NCBI GenBank assembly: GCA_051294905.1
Contig: CM119372.1
Location: forward strand, 3,226,001-3,290,000
Source: Botryllus schlosseri
Taxonomy: Eukaryota
Direction: 5' to 3'
Length of the DNA: 64,000 nucleotides
Shown in pieces: positions 1-11,030 of the stretch. The notes under the pieces are model-generated. The model ran no database searches, was not told the DNA's origin, and worked only from the letters and a program-made list of their open reading frames with translations. The stretch's first letter is position 1; the number at the start of each line of letters is the position of its first letter. Position numbers and translations under genes: made by a program.

Positions 1-382
1 TGACAATGTTGTCTACATCACAATTTTTCATCATGCGCTTCTTGATAGAAAAACCAATGTACATTCAGTCTTGCTTCAGTTAGGATATTGCGGTACGTTG
101 AGCAGAGCATAACATACCATGGCAACCTATTTCTTTCATTTGACCGTTTATGATTAACAATGGGAAGACGATGGGCCGTCTGTAACGGTGGGCCTGTGAA
201 GTAGGCTACAAGATGTAAAATGTCAAATGATAAGTTCATCGACAGTGCAAACATCTACGATACAAACGAAATGCAAGTTGCAATCAAATTTTGACTTTGT
301 AGTTAATTTTGACAATTTTATGACCTAACGCTACACCTTTGACGAAATTTTCTCTTTTTGTGACCTGTTAAACAATCGCCCC
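1..382 (-). mobile_element. End of a hAT-type DNA transposon (TAGGGCGATTT-type TIR family), truncated by the window start
   Basis: Reverse complement aligns with 44325-44470 plus 45705-45880. Carries the transposase remnant IKKRMMKNCDVDNIV and ends at the TIR-like AATCGCCCCA. Confidence 0.6.
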
Positions 383-943
383 AGTAACAAGGTGTTGTAG
401 GCTACGCCAGTTTACAGTTTACTAAATCCGAAGAGTGAAAATTAACTAGTTTTGCCTAAAAACTGTCAAGCGGAAGAGGGAATAATAAAAAACCATTACC
501 ATTTGATCAAGTAAGTATAGGAAAAACCGACTTGAGCATACGGAAACAGAGTACTTCGCTATTGGCCCATCTAAAGCAGTGCACAGCAGTATGGCTGTTA
601 TGTGCAGCGGTAACACAGTACACAGACGAGTAGGTCTACAAACCAACGGTCAATCTTTTGCGTCAACGAGATTAATCGATAGATAATCAGAGTGCACACT
701 AGCTTATCACATCAATTCGTCGTGCACGGATTATCCTCCGATTCCGGAAGGTTTTCGGGTATCAATGCTACTCAATTGGCCCATTTTCAGAATCTCTGTA
801 TTCAGATCGCTGTCGCTTACGTAAATCTCAAATCTAACGAAAAACATTACAACAACTTTGAAGGTGCATATCTGGACTATCAAACTACAACGATTACAGA
901 TACGGTTAAGATTTTCCGTAAAACACATGGCCAATATAGCGTA

Positions 944-1353
944 GCTTGACAACTAGATAATTCTAACTGTCTAATTAAACTAATTAGAGTGAAATGCCAG
1001 TAATCTAATTAATTCGTGAAAGGTTTGTTTGCTCTACTTCGAATTGTAATCTGATTTGTGAAATGTTTCTAGGCTCTGATTACAACCTAATTTTTAGTTT
1101 TACTGAATATGCTACACGAGAGCTGAATAGTGCGAAACAAGCCAATTTTGCTCTACAGAGATTTGCAATTCTCGTGCTTATGGGAATGAACTATGATTTC
1201 ATAAGAACTGAACTTCATGCAATTTCAAGTCATTCTAATTTTAATCTAATTTTGCAAAACCTGGTAATCTAATTTGAAATGCAAACAGTGTAAGTATAAT
1301 TCCAATTCTAATCGAATATAGAAAAGCTGAATTTATTCAGTAGTCCATGTCTG
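944..1353 (+). mobile_element. Interspersed repeat (probable MITE, CAGACTTGGAC...GTCCAWGTCTG termini); further copies ~8690-9030, 9463-9778, 12169-12485, 40880-41100, 57201-58050
   Basis: Copies share variants of CTAATT-rich blocks, GCTGCAGGAGAACTGTATAGTGCGAAAC and ACAGACATTTGCAATTCTC. Confidence 0.6.
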
Positions 1354-1591
1354 GCTTAGTGTAAATCAATATAGTCACTAATATTTACTCGACAATGATC
1401 AGTCAAGTCGCGATATCAATTAATGTCAGTCTCTAAAGACGACCCAACCAAATGCTTGCGCGACATAGTCTTTTCCCAACGAACCACAATCTTTCGCCAC
1501 GGAATTGATTTTTATAAGAACTGTTACTTTCAACTAGTGCTATCCCGCATAGACTCCACATCTGACTTAGATGCATAATTTACGGTTGGCC

Positions 1592-2474
1592 TAGGGGGCG
1601 GGAACCGTTTTCCTCAAAAGAGCCATATTGGTCCAATATTTCCAATTGCAATTCCCAAAGAGCCATACGGCGAAGCAAAACAACTGTGACGTCACAATTG
1701 AAAATTCGTGATGTCATGATGGCTCGATATCGAAGTTCACTACGTGGGACTTGAGGTTATTACACCCACACCCGCACTAATCAAGCCGGTTGCCAAAGAT
1801 TTTAGCATGCAATAAGTTAGCTTAGCTATATAGGGGTCGGGAATCCTTTGGAGGCTATATATTTTAATTTGCATTCCCTTGAGAGCTATATGATATTATT
1901 CGAAACTAATTTGACTTTCTAATTGGGAATGTCACCTCCAAGGAAGTTCATTTCTCGCCGATTAACATGAAGAAAATCGGGCTTTCAAAACTGCATTGTC
2001 TCTCCCATCAATCAACACATCGCGCAATCCAATATTTAAAAGCGTGAGGCGATGGGTCTCCGGATTCGCGTGTGGCTTGCAAGTATACAAACTTTGTAGC
2101 GAACTCGACGGATTAAATTTTCCCGCTGTAGACCAATAAATAGCTTGAAGTTATCGTTGTTTCCCTATTATAGAAAACAAAGATCATATTGAACTAATTC
2201 AGCGGGCAATATTGGACACAAATTTGAGGAAATTGAGAAGGGGTGGTTCCGAGCCCCCCTCCTATGGATACGCCACTGTCTCGACCTCACATATACTTGT
2301 CGATGTCATCATAAGAAAAATGACTCGGGCCGTTGTGAAAATTTACGAAAAGGTTCGGGCAAAATCTACGAACAAAATGCGAATCAACTGCAAAATTGTA
2401 AATTTATCAAATAGTCATATCATATCATCAAAAGAGCCATATATGGCTCGTGAGCCATAGATTCCCGACCCCTA
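1592..2474. mobile_element. hAT-like MITE
   Basis: TIRs TAGGGGGCGGGAAC ... GATTCCCGACCCCTA, subterminal AAAGAGCCATA motifs, and an internal second left end at ~1831. Confidence 0.6.
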
Positions 2475-2734
2475 GCCTACAGTCTACACGTTATTTAGGA
2501 TCTGTTGGGCTAAATGAAATTGAACAGCTTCAATTACAGCCTACAGCCTTTGAGATGATTTTAGTTGACTCATAACGCAACTACAAATACAATAATATCT
2601 GATTTGCATTCATGGTATGCGCTTTTTACATCAGCAAGCTTTTCTCCAAGTAATTCGTACCTCATTAGCTCGAAAGACCTCATCAGGTGCGTGCTACTAT
2701 ATGTAAATCTTCAGACAATATTGACCAGCCTTAC

Positions 2735-2957
2735 CGAGAATTGGCATATTTCCGTTCTTCCATCCATGTATTGCCACGAAGGCAGACGCAATAAGGTAGA
2801 TTGACAAAGCCCAATCATTCCAATGCGATAAGTACACGTAATACAGGTGACCGGTGTCAAGGTTGCTATACTCTACGACGCCTTCAATAGCCCACGCGGT
2901 CCAGTAGACGCAAACGATGATCCTGTACAACGCGAATTTCCATCTGCTCGTACACCA
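2735..2957 (-). CDS. Rolling stone (Rost)-like multi-pass membrane protein, coding exon 2
   Basis: tttcag acceptor and G|gtaagg donor. Encodes WCTSRWKFALYRIIVCVYWTAW...YYVYLSHWNDWALSIYL, matching the Rost YR...YLTxW pattern, in phase with the exon at 5051-5137. Confidence 0.75.
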
Positions 2958-3050
2958 CTGAAATATGAGTGCGCGAGTAAATATTAAGCCGATTGTATAT
3001 ATTCGATCCAACGAAATGACTGTTTTACGTACGGGCGAGAAGTTGCATAA

Positions 3051-4070
3051 CAGGGTGGAGTGAAAAATCAAAAATTTTGAATTTCAAAACGGACACTTGA
3101 TATGTGGTGCCAAACTTCAAAAAAATTATTTCTATAATAATTTTGGGCTCGTGCACCCTCTAGTGGTCGTGCAATTTCGCCGAACGAGTCAAAAATAGCT
3201 AATTTCGCTATTTATTGATGACCGCCTGTGCTAGAAAGATGATTTTGGGCTTAAAAGATGCGGAAGCAACAAGTTTCTATCTCACTTCCATAGAACTTTG
3301 TTTTAAAAATGAACAGAAAAAAAGTAACAAGCAAATTATTGATTTTTAGACCATTTTTCAGTAAAATTAGGCACTGAAGCAGTGGGTACGGTGCCAAAAG
3401 CGTGTAGTGATTGATCTTATGACTAAAAACTCCATGTTGAAAGCACATAAATTGCAAATCCATATTGATAACACAAAAACATCAATTCTATATTGAAAAA
3501 AGATATATTTCGAATCTGTACAAACTTTAAAATCTTGTTTCGTATTAATGGATTTCATCTGCTTTTGAGACTTCATTTTTCGTCTGATGAGGCCATATCT
3601 ACGTTTAAATCCCGACACATGGGCAGATGCTTCAGTCACCACTTTACCGTCTCTTTCTACTGCCTGGTTGTGCCAAGGAAGATTGAGCCTTAATGGTGAT
3701 GACCTTAGATTTTCCAGCTCGAGATATGACGAGTTTTTGATTGCTGGTGGCTGTTCCATATCTTTTAGATTCAAGTTGACAATTTGGTGGTATGATTCGG
3801 CCCTGATGTTTATAATTGGGATTTTAAACAATCTGATTCTAGTGTCAACGTTGTTTTTAGGTTTCGGTTCATTGACATATCCTCCTTCAAAGTCGCCAAT
3901 TGGAATCTGGTACTCTGTTTGATCTGCTGATAGTTGTAATCTTGATAACTGCAAGTCTTTTGAGGCCTTCATCATCATCACCGAGCATTCCCAGAAAACA
4001 TTTTCCGGATGTGCAAAATAGGCCTTTCGTTGTAGCTCAGATAGTGCAAGGTTCGAAAAGTTAGATTTTT
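3051..4070 (-). mobile_element. DNA transposon remnant with transposase C-terminus (hAT-like, possibly hATm group)
   Basis: ORF 3367-3981 has IPxIN.A.SY, EQPP and PWHNQAVER..VVTEAS..V.G motifs. TIR-like CAGGGTGGAG at 3051; the other end was not found. Confidence 0.6.
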
Positions 4071-4409
4071 TTTTTCAAGTTTTAAAAATGGACCTATAGA
4101 ATTTGAAAACTGGACATAAGCTAATTTGATTCCACTGCGACGATATGAGTCGAGTAACATAACGATATCACCGTAGCTACACGTTATGAATATAACATCC
4201 GTCTTTCAAACTGATAATAATTAATTTGGTACGCGAGCTTTTGCAGCATCGCTCTTTCAACTAATTCAGAATGTCATAATACGCATCGCGTATCTTTGAA
4301 ACGAAAATGCTCTGCTTGCTTCGCTTTCGCTTTATTACGTAACTGATACAAGAGCGTACGCTCGAAAGTATCGTACGCTGGGTATCTTTCATTGAGAGTT
4401 GAGACTTAC

Positions 4410-5010
4410 TTGTAGCAAACAATACGTTCATATTGCAAATTTATTCCACTCGAAGCTTTTCGACTGGCCCTCTTAAGGAGTGACCGCCAGTAAATGACGT
4501 TAACCAAGTTCGAAAAATAGAAAGAGTTCTGTCGTTGTGACGTAATAAGGACAAGTTCACAGAGTTGCGAACGGGACTAAAACGCACGGTTACGGTACAA
4601 CGCACACAAAATCAGCTGTAAAGCAGCCGAACGACAAAATAACACTAATGGAAGATTCCCAGCGTGTAAGAGATGTTCTTTTTGGCGACAAAGGATCGGC
4701 TTTTGCAGCTTTATGATAGTTGATTCAAGGACCTTTAAATGAAAAAGAGAACGACCACGAACAACGATGGAAAACTGATTGTTATTGTAATGTTTTGCAC
4801 ACTCTGGGTGTTTCAAGAGGTGCTGTCCGATGGCAGAATTTCATGCTGTTACTTGGTCATATTCACGCATGGTAACTAGGGACTGTAATGATGGAGAAAC
4901 CATGTCATCACCCTGCGAATTCCTAATTTGACGAGGGACGTGTTGGCCAGTCGAAAAGCTTCGAGTGGAATAAATTTGCACTATGAACGTACTGTATTGT
5001 TTGCTGCAAT
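4410..5010 (-). mobile_element. Penelope-like retroelement 3' remnant (GIY-YIG C-terminus) with an inverted pLTR copy
   Basis: Minus-strand SAIGQHLLKHPECAKHY...LKVLESTIIKLQKPILCRQKE. A ~60-bp inverted repeat pairs 4410-4469 with 4945-5008. Confidence 0.75.
4447..4482 (-). ncRNA. Minimal type I hammerhead ribozyme motif with one core substitution
   Basis: Minus strand reads CACTC-CTTAAGA-GGGCCAGTC-GAAA-AGCT-TC-GAGTG: stem I CACTC/GAGTG, palindromic AGCT loop, CUUAAGA in place of CUGANGA. Confidence 0.65.
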
Positions 5011-5050
5011 ATTGACGTTCTGTACTCCGAAAAGCCTACTTAAGACTTAC

Positions 5051-5137
5051 TTGTGATTCGGTGAAATCGTGGGCGTTGACATTGACGAATCCGAGGCTCT
5101 TTCGCTGTAGCTCGTCATAACAACACCCAACCGCCAT
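5051..5137 (-). CDS. Rolling stone (Rost)-like membrane protein, coding exon 1
   Basis: ATG at 5137 encodes MAVGCCYDELQRKSLGFVNVNAHDFTESQ followed by a gtaagt donor. Splices in phase 0 to give the Rost-typical F..SQW motif. Confidence 0.75.
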
Positions 5138-5962
5138 TACTAGCTATTCTAATTGGCTGAAACAGGTTGAATATTCAATTGAAATCGTAATTAATGGCGA
5201 AGGACACGGACCTTTTATGCAACCACAAAGTATATGATACAAGGTCTACATCACATTAAAGATAATTTGGTATTATTTCGACAGTACCTATTTCATTACA
5301 CTTTGTGGCAATGCTGTGGGTTGATCACGAATTCAGAGAAGTGTCATTTTCACAAACGTGCGTTGTGCTACGTTTGTCGTATGCTGTGATACGACCAATC
5401 AAGGTTTCAAGGCCCAACAGAGGAAAGTAGTATCGAAACTATTATCATACCTCACGACTCGACTTAAATCATCAAAATTAATGCTCGAATCAGGTTGGAG
5501 TGCTCAATCATTTTGCCCAGACCTAAATCATCACTATAATCAAGACAATCCAAGATCCAACAATCTTTAACAATATTACGTTCGCAGCGTACATTACGTG
5601 CCTTTCGCGGCCCAATGAATAGTGATAGATTTGCAACTGTACTTACAAAATAAATTGACCTTAACGCAACACAGCAGTAATATCACCGAGGGTGCAGTAG
5701 ATTCCAACCATTCGCCCGGTCATCATGTGCATCACCCATCGCCACGCATTCTAGATGTATTAGGTTACATAATATTCAACTTTAGAAACTATAATTTACG
5801 TTAATTGTTCTTAGACGTGAGTATTTTATTCTCGAATTCAACGTTCAGCGCGCTTGAATGAAGTGGCAGCTATGATTTTATCAATTTGATTTGCTCACTT
5901 TCCACTACTCGCTGGGATCAGTTATACTTTCCGCCTCGTTTGTTCATCTGTTTCATTTAGGA

Positions 5963-6480
5963 CAGTGGTTCTCCAACTGGGGGCGTGAAAGCATCTGAAG
6001 CAGGCGCTAAGACGCCCGAGAGAAATGATGTTTCTTGAACTCGGAATGAGTTTAATTTGTGCTGATACTTGCAAGTTCCAACAATGGCAATAATCCTAAC
6101 AATATCACGATTTTAAAAGTTTGAACAAGTGACAATGACAAGTTTGAATGTCGCGCGGCCCGCGGTATTGTTTTTTTATTTAGCTTATGCTCAGGTACCT
6201 TCGAGCCGAGCTCAAGTTCGGTAAAAGGTGAGGCTAAAATACGTATATGTTACTTGCTACCATTGTTCATGATTATTTTTGACAATTTATTTAGAAAAAT
6301 CCTTCACTTCTCATATTTATTGCATTGAATGGAGTCCGAATTTCATATTTGAGAAGTCTCTTAACACTAATAACCTCCCATGACGTCAAAATAAACTATG
6401 CGTTGGGATTGCAGACATTCTGGTTGCTCTTTTTTCACTATCATCAAGGCGGCGTGTATAAAAAAGTTTGGGAATCAATG
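5963..6480. mobile_element. hAT MITE
   Basis: TIRs CAGTGGTTCTCCAACT ... AGTTTGGGAATCAATG; TSD ATTTAGGA/ATTTATGA. Homologous to the outer element at 30852-37078. Confidence 0.7.
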
Positions 6481-7648
6481 ATTTATGACTTATTAATTTG
6501 CTACACCGACTGAGTCCTCTCTGGTTTCCTTCAAAATTTACACTCAGTTGTTCTCTTTCAGATGCAATACTCACAGGTGAGGATTAACCTACTGATCTGT
6601 TTTGCGAATTACATAGGTGCACACTGAATACTATCAAATACCCTAATTGTCATTTATGGCCATACAGAGTTATGACGACCTCTATTCAGAATGCAGACAA
6701 ATTGAATCAGTGCACGCCACCTAATTGAACATTAACATTCTGCACAGAGGGTAAAGGCAATCCGTCAAATATGGCCGATATACATTTCGCAGACGCTTCG
6801 ACAGGCAGTGTAGGCAGTATTTTCTCCCGAGGCTGATGACTGATTATTTGGTAAGATGACCAACTGCAATAAGACAGTCGGTCTTGGGTACCGCGCAGTG
6901 CAACCATAAGCTCGCTGTTATTATCACTAAAGGACAGTGGTTTCCGAACTGGAACACACGAAAAGCATTACAAAACGTTCGCCGCACAATCACTAGAGAC
7001 GTGAGATTACTAGAAATTTAGTTTCACATGTTTATGCGACGGATGTGCTGGTTTAAACGAGCATATACAACGGAATCGAAGTTTCGATGTTGACAAATAT
7101 ACCGGCATTACGTCGTTAATTCCGAGCCGCCTTTCTCGTTTACGGTATTTAATATCAGTCTAATCAGAAAAGCGATGTTCACATAGTCATAAAGATGCAA
7201 ATGACAATGGCAGACAGCCTTAAACAGTCTTAATGGTTAAGCTAAGCGTTCTTAACCGCCTTGTCTGCCTCGACCTTTAGCAGGGTATGATAATCCCACT
7301 TCCAATCGGGCTGTGTCAAGATAGTAGCCCAATAAGAACGTGCCAACTACGCTGCTGTGAGGGCAATGTTATAATTGGTTTCATTGTTACACGTGTGTAA
7401 TGTGTATTTATCGGTGATTGTTTGAAGCAGTTGGACTTCGAGAATATTTATTCATTTACCCAAATCCCAAAACGATACGCGGTAGGCCTACACAATTTGG
7501 GAATCACTGATTTATGACTTATTAATTTGCTACACCGACTGAGTCCTCTCTGGTTTCCTTCAAAATTTACACTCAGCAGTTCTCTTTCAGATGCAATACT
7601 TACAGGTGAAGATTAACCAACTGATCTGTTTTGCGAATTACATAGGTG
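6466..7648 (+). repeat. ~150-bp near-identical direct repeat (6466-6618 and 7496-7648)
   Basis: TTTGGGAATCA.TGATTTATGACTTATTAATTTGC...TTACATAGGTG occurs twice with only a few substitutions. Confidence 0.9.
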
Positions 7649-8012
7649 ATTTGAATCATCCGGAAAAAGCGCACATGGGATGATAAGTATATGCGCAGTA
7701 TGGTTTCACGAGTGTTACCGAGAAAGCTGGAACAAAACACCATCATTGTGTCCAATTATAGATAACTAGCATAGGTAGGTTATCTATAGCAATGCTTTGC
7801 GATCTTTTAGGTGCGGTGAACACTTGGGGTTGTTGTGGCAAACTCAATTACCCTTTTTCAGCGCGGACCCACTAAAGCAGCGGTTCTTAACCTTTAACCC
7901 GGGGAACGCTTATGCTAAGCTGCAATCCTGCAAGCAGGATATCAACCACTGATTTAGAGTTTCATATTTCTCATGCACCCGTATGTTCACGGGCCAGATA
8001 TCACTCATCGAT

Positions 8013-8205
8013 AGTACAATGTAGCTAGTAAATGAAAGAGCTTCTTGGAGGTACAGAACGTCAATATTCAATTAAATATTATATTCATATTGAAATGAAC
8101 CCGAATATTTTTGGTTGAAACACGTCAGGGATCATCGTCAGCAACTAGTAGAGAATTGGAACGAATATTGTATATCAACAATAGCATCACAAAATATGAT
8201 GTCGC
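8013..8205 (-). mobile_element. Solo Penelope-like pLTR fragment
   Basis: Homologous to 21670-21825 and, inverted, to 22020-22120; contains a degenerate hammerhead motif. Confidence 0.5.
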
Positions 8206-9778
8206 CGGCACGAAATTTCGAATAATCGGGGCGAAGAGAGAGAGAGAGATCTTAAGCCTATTGTGGTATTTTAGATGCTATACGAAGTCCTTGTGTAGGC
8301 ACAAACTTAGTTGACGTATTTTGATAAAAGTTGACTCCAAGGCACTCGAATGTAAGTGTGAACGGAGATCGGCGATAGCACAAACACATAAATATATATG
8401 AAATGTCCACGTGGACCGGTACATCAGTAAAACAGTATATATAGTTATAGATACCCTACCCGTAAATCGGTATATTTGTAAAAAGATAAATTGAAACATC
8501 AAAGGAAGAATTTGTTTCTTCCAGTAAGGTTTCGTCAATATTTTCATTTCCACTACTTTCCCGTGACTCATCCCAGCAGAAACGAACCGGCTTATCATCA
8601 AGTTTAGTGTCAGTTATCAAAATATTTATGCTAGAACCTCGTTTCTTCTATAAATCCCTAAGAATTTCCGTCGTCGGCTCCCAGAAATTAGACTATAGTT
8701 GAAGCGAAATGGCGGCAATTCTAATTTGTGAAATGTTTCTACGCTCCAATATTAATTCTAGTATAACGGCTGGTTTTCCGGAAATTGCTGCAGGAGAACT
8801 ATGTCGTAGGAAACGAGCCAATGGGAATGCTGTACGTATGTACAGTGCACAGACATTCGCCACCCTCACGCTGATGAGGATGAGCTATGATCTGATATGT
8901 ACTGAACTTGTTTAAATTTCCAAGTTTTCGCGAATTCAGTAATTCTAATCCATTTTGGAAAAAACTGTGCAGCTGTAAGTGGACTTTTAATCTAATTTAG
9001 AAAAGACAGGAGTTTTCAAGTCGTCAAAGTCTACCTAAAAACAGCTTACTTATCTCATTCTCTGGTTTCGATGCATTTCAATTTATAAATTTGCACTCTG
9101 TACGCTGATCTAGAAAGCATGTTGACTGCGATAGCCTTATTACGCCATAGCGATTTGTATATATCCGCCATCGTACCTCAAATTGGTCATTCACCAGCGA
9201 TTATCATTCGCTGAGCTGCTTACGCGATTGTTATCTGAATATGATTCTGCTCACTACGATTGAGATTCTCATGGATTTTGGCGCGTCGCGTATCTGATAC
9301 TATAATCCAAATGTGTTTTTGTCCCGGAGCAATGAGCAATGAGCATTCCACGTTCAGACTTCTGCAAAAATCTCTCGTATTCAATGATAGCGCCACACGT
9401 GAGGTATCGTTATAATAAGGTAGGCAAGACACAACGCCTCGCCGTCGCCGCACACAAATCTGACTGACAAGTAGATAATTCTAGTTGTCTAATACTAATT
9501 GGACTAATTAAAAAGATATGTCAGCAATTCTGATCTAATCTATGCTTTTATTTTAATTCTGAACTAATTTCGGGGTTCCTTCAAAAGGACAACTACGGGA
9601 CAACAGTAGAGTGCGAAACAAGAGGCGCTTGGTGTACTGTACAGACATTCCCCATTCCTATGATTGTGGTAATGAACTGTAATTTGATATGAACTGAGCC
9701 AGATGTGTTCTAGTGCTTTCAAACGCGGACTTTAATTCAATTTTCAACATTTTGCGAATTCATTAATTCTAATCATAA

Positions 9779-10260
9779 CACTGGACAACAAAATGAAAAA
9801 AATATTTTAGGCAGAACATCTGAGAGCTGTTTCTGGGGTTTTCGAGATTGCTGATTACGAATATCACATTAGTTTTGTCAGATTGGCTCATTGTCAGAAG
9901 ATATTCACACCTCTAGAAAAGCACAAAATTACTGAATTTACCCTTAAATATTTCACTTGGTATGAAGAAAATCGTCTTTTTTCAAATTTTATACTGCCCA
10001 TAAATAACTAATTGGCTACGAAGAAGCCTCATGTCATTCTCAGTCATTCTATCATTATTAACATGACATGATGCGAAATATTTGTTTGTCAAAAAACCAG
10101 TTTGTCAAGCCTGAAAATTGTACTTTTGCACAACGGAAATATATATTCTCTTGAATCGATTGGTCATTCTACCAAGATTAAAGAGGAGTAAAAAACTATA
10201 AAATTAGTCCTTGGAAGGCTTAACTGCAATACTCATATGCGTCTCCTTTTTTTGACTGGA
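9779..10260. mobile_element. DNA transposon end (CACTG terminus, Chapaev/CMC-like)
   Basis: CACTGGACAACAAAATGAAAAA terminus, with a near-identical terminus at ~46880. The right boundary is uncertain. Confidence 0.4.
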
Positions 10261-10309
10261 AAATAGATTATTTTCCGCTGAGACAACAAAGAGGGTATAT
10301 AATTGGAAG

Positions 10310-11030
10310 GTAATGCTGAAGTAACCAAGTAATCCAGCGGGGTCATAAGTCGTATGCCGTTGAAGGGGGTGTGCAATAAACTCGGGATGAAGTGTAATTG
10401 ATGATTTACTGTACAGATTTTTACTGAGCAGATTTACTGCACTTAGGCACTTATATTATCCCCCACAATAGTGGAACTAAAATCCCAATCACACAGTGGA
10501 TGCGTGGATTGGATCATTGTGTTTCGCGTCGCGAATAGAGCAGCGAACGATCATAATATACACAGGAGTTTTAGCCTATGATATACCAGGGCCGTATGCA
10601 TGTATGTATAGGGGGGAGGGGTGCTTCTCGGCTAACTGAGGCCTTTTGCGCCATGCCTGTCCTTTTCATTAAAACAACTATAAGTCTCTAGTGGACAATA
10701 TAACAGAGTCTAACAATGGTTATACCGTGTAAGGACTTTTCAATAGCGAACTAAGCGAAAGTGGAATATTGTGTCTATGAGTCCAGTGCCGTAACTGCTG
10801 CACCCAAACCCCTAATTGCGGGAGCTCGAAGGTGTCCAAGATTATTTCGTTGGTCGTTTGTTGGAGGATATTTATTCAGCTTGAAAATTTTCATAGGCCG
10901 AAAGGTCTACATTTAAATATCATCAGCAAATTAAAGAGAAAAATGCGCATATTCGAGAGAAATAGCCATATCGGCGCCGATTTCAAACCGGAAAATGGGC
11001 CACGGCCAAGAAAGGGCTGAGAACCCCTGG
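10310..11030 (+). mobile_element. Partial hAT-like MITE homologous to 26653-28179
   Basis: Long shared blocks and a right TIR GAGAACCCCTG. Retains the empty site ATCATCAG for the insertion at 27705. Confidence 0.7.

Noticed and set aside
18..193. ORF segment RLPWYVMLCSTYRNI with a phase-compatible acceptor, resembling exon 3 of the Rost-like gene
   Set aside because: It lies inside a hAT remnant homologous to 44325-45880, whose transposase frame is different, and it ends in a stop. Probably coincidence, though RNA-seq could test it.
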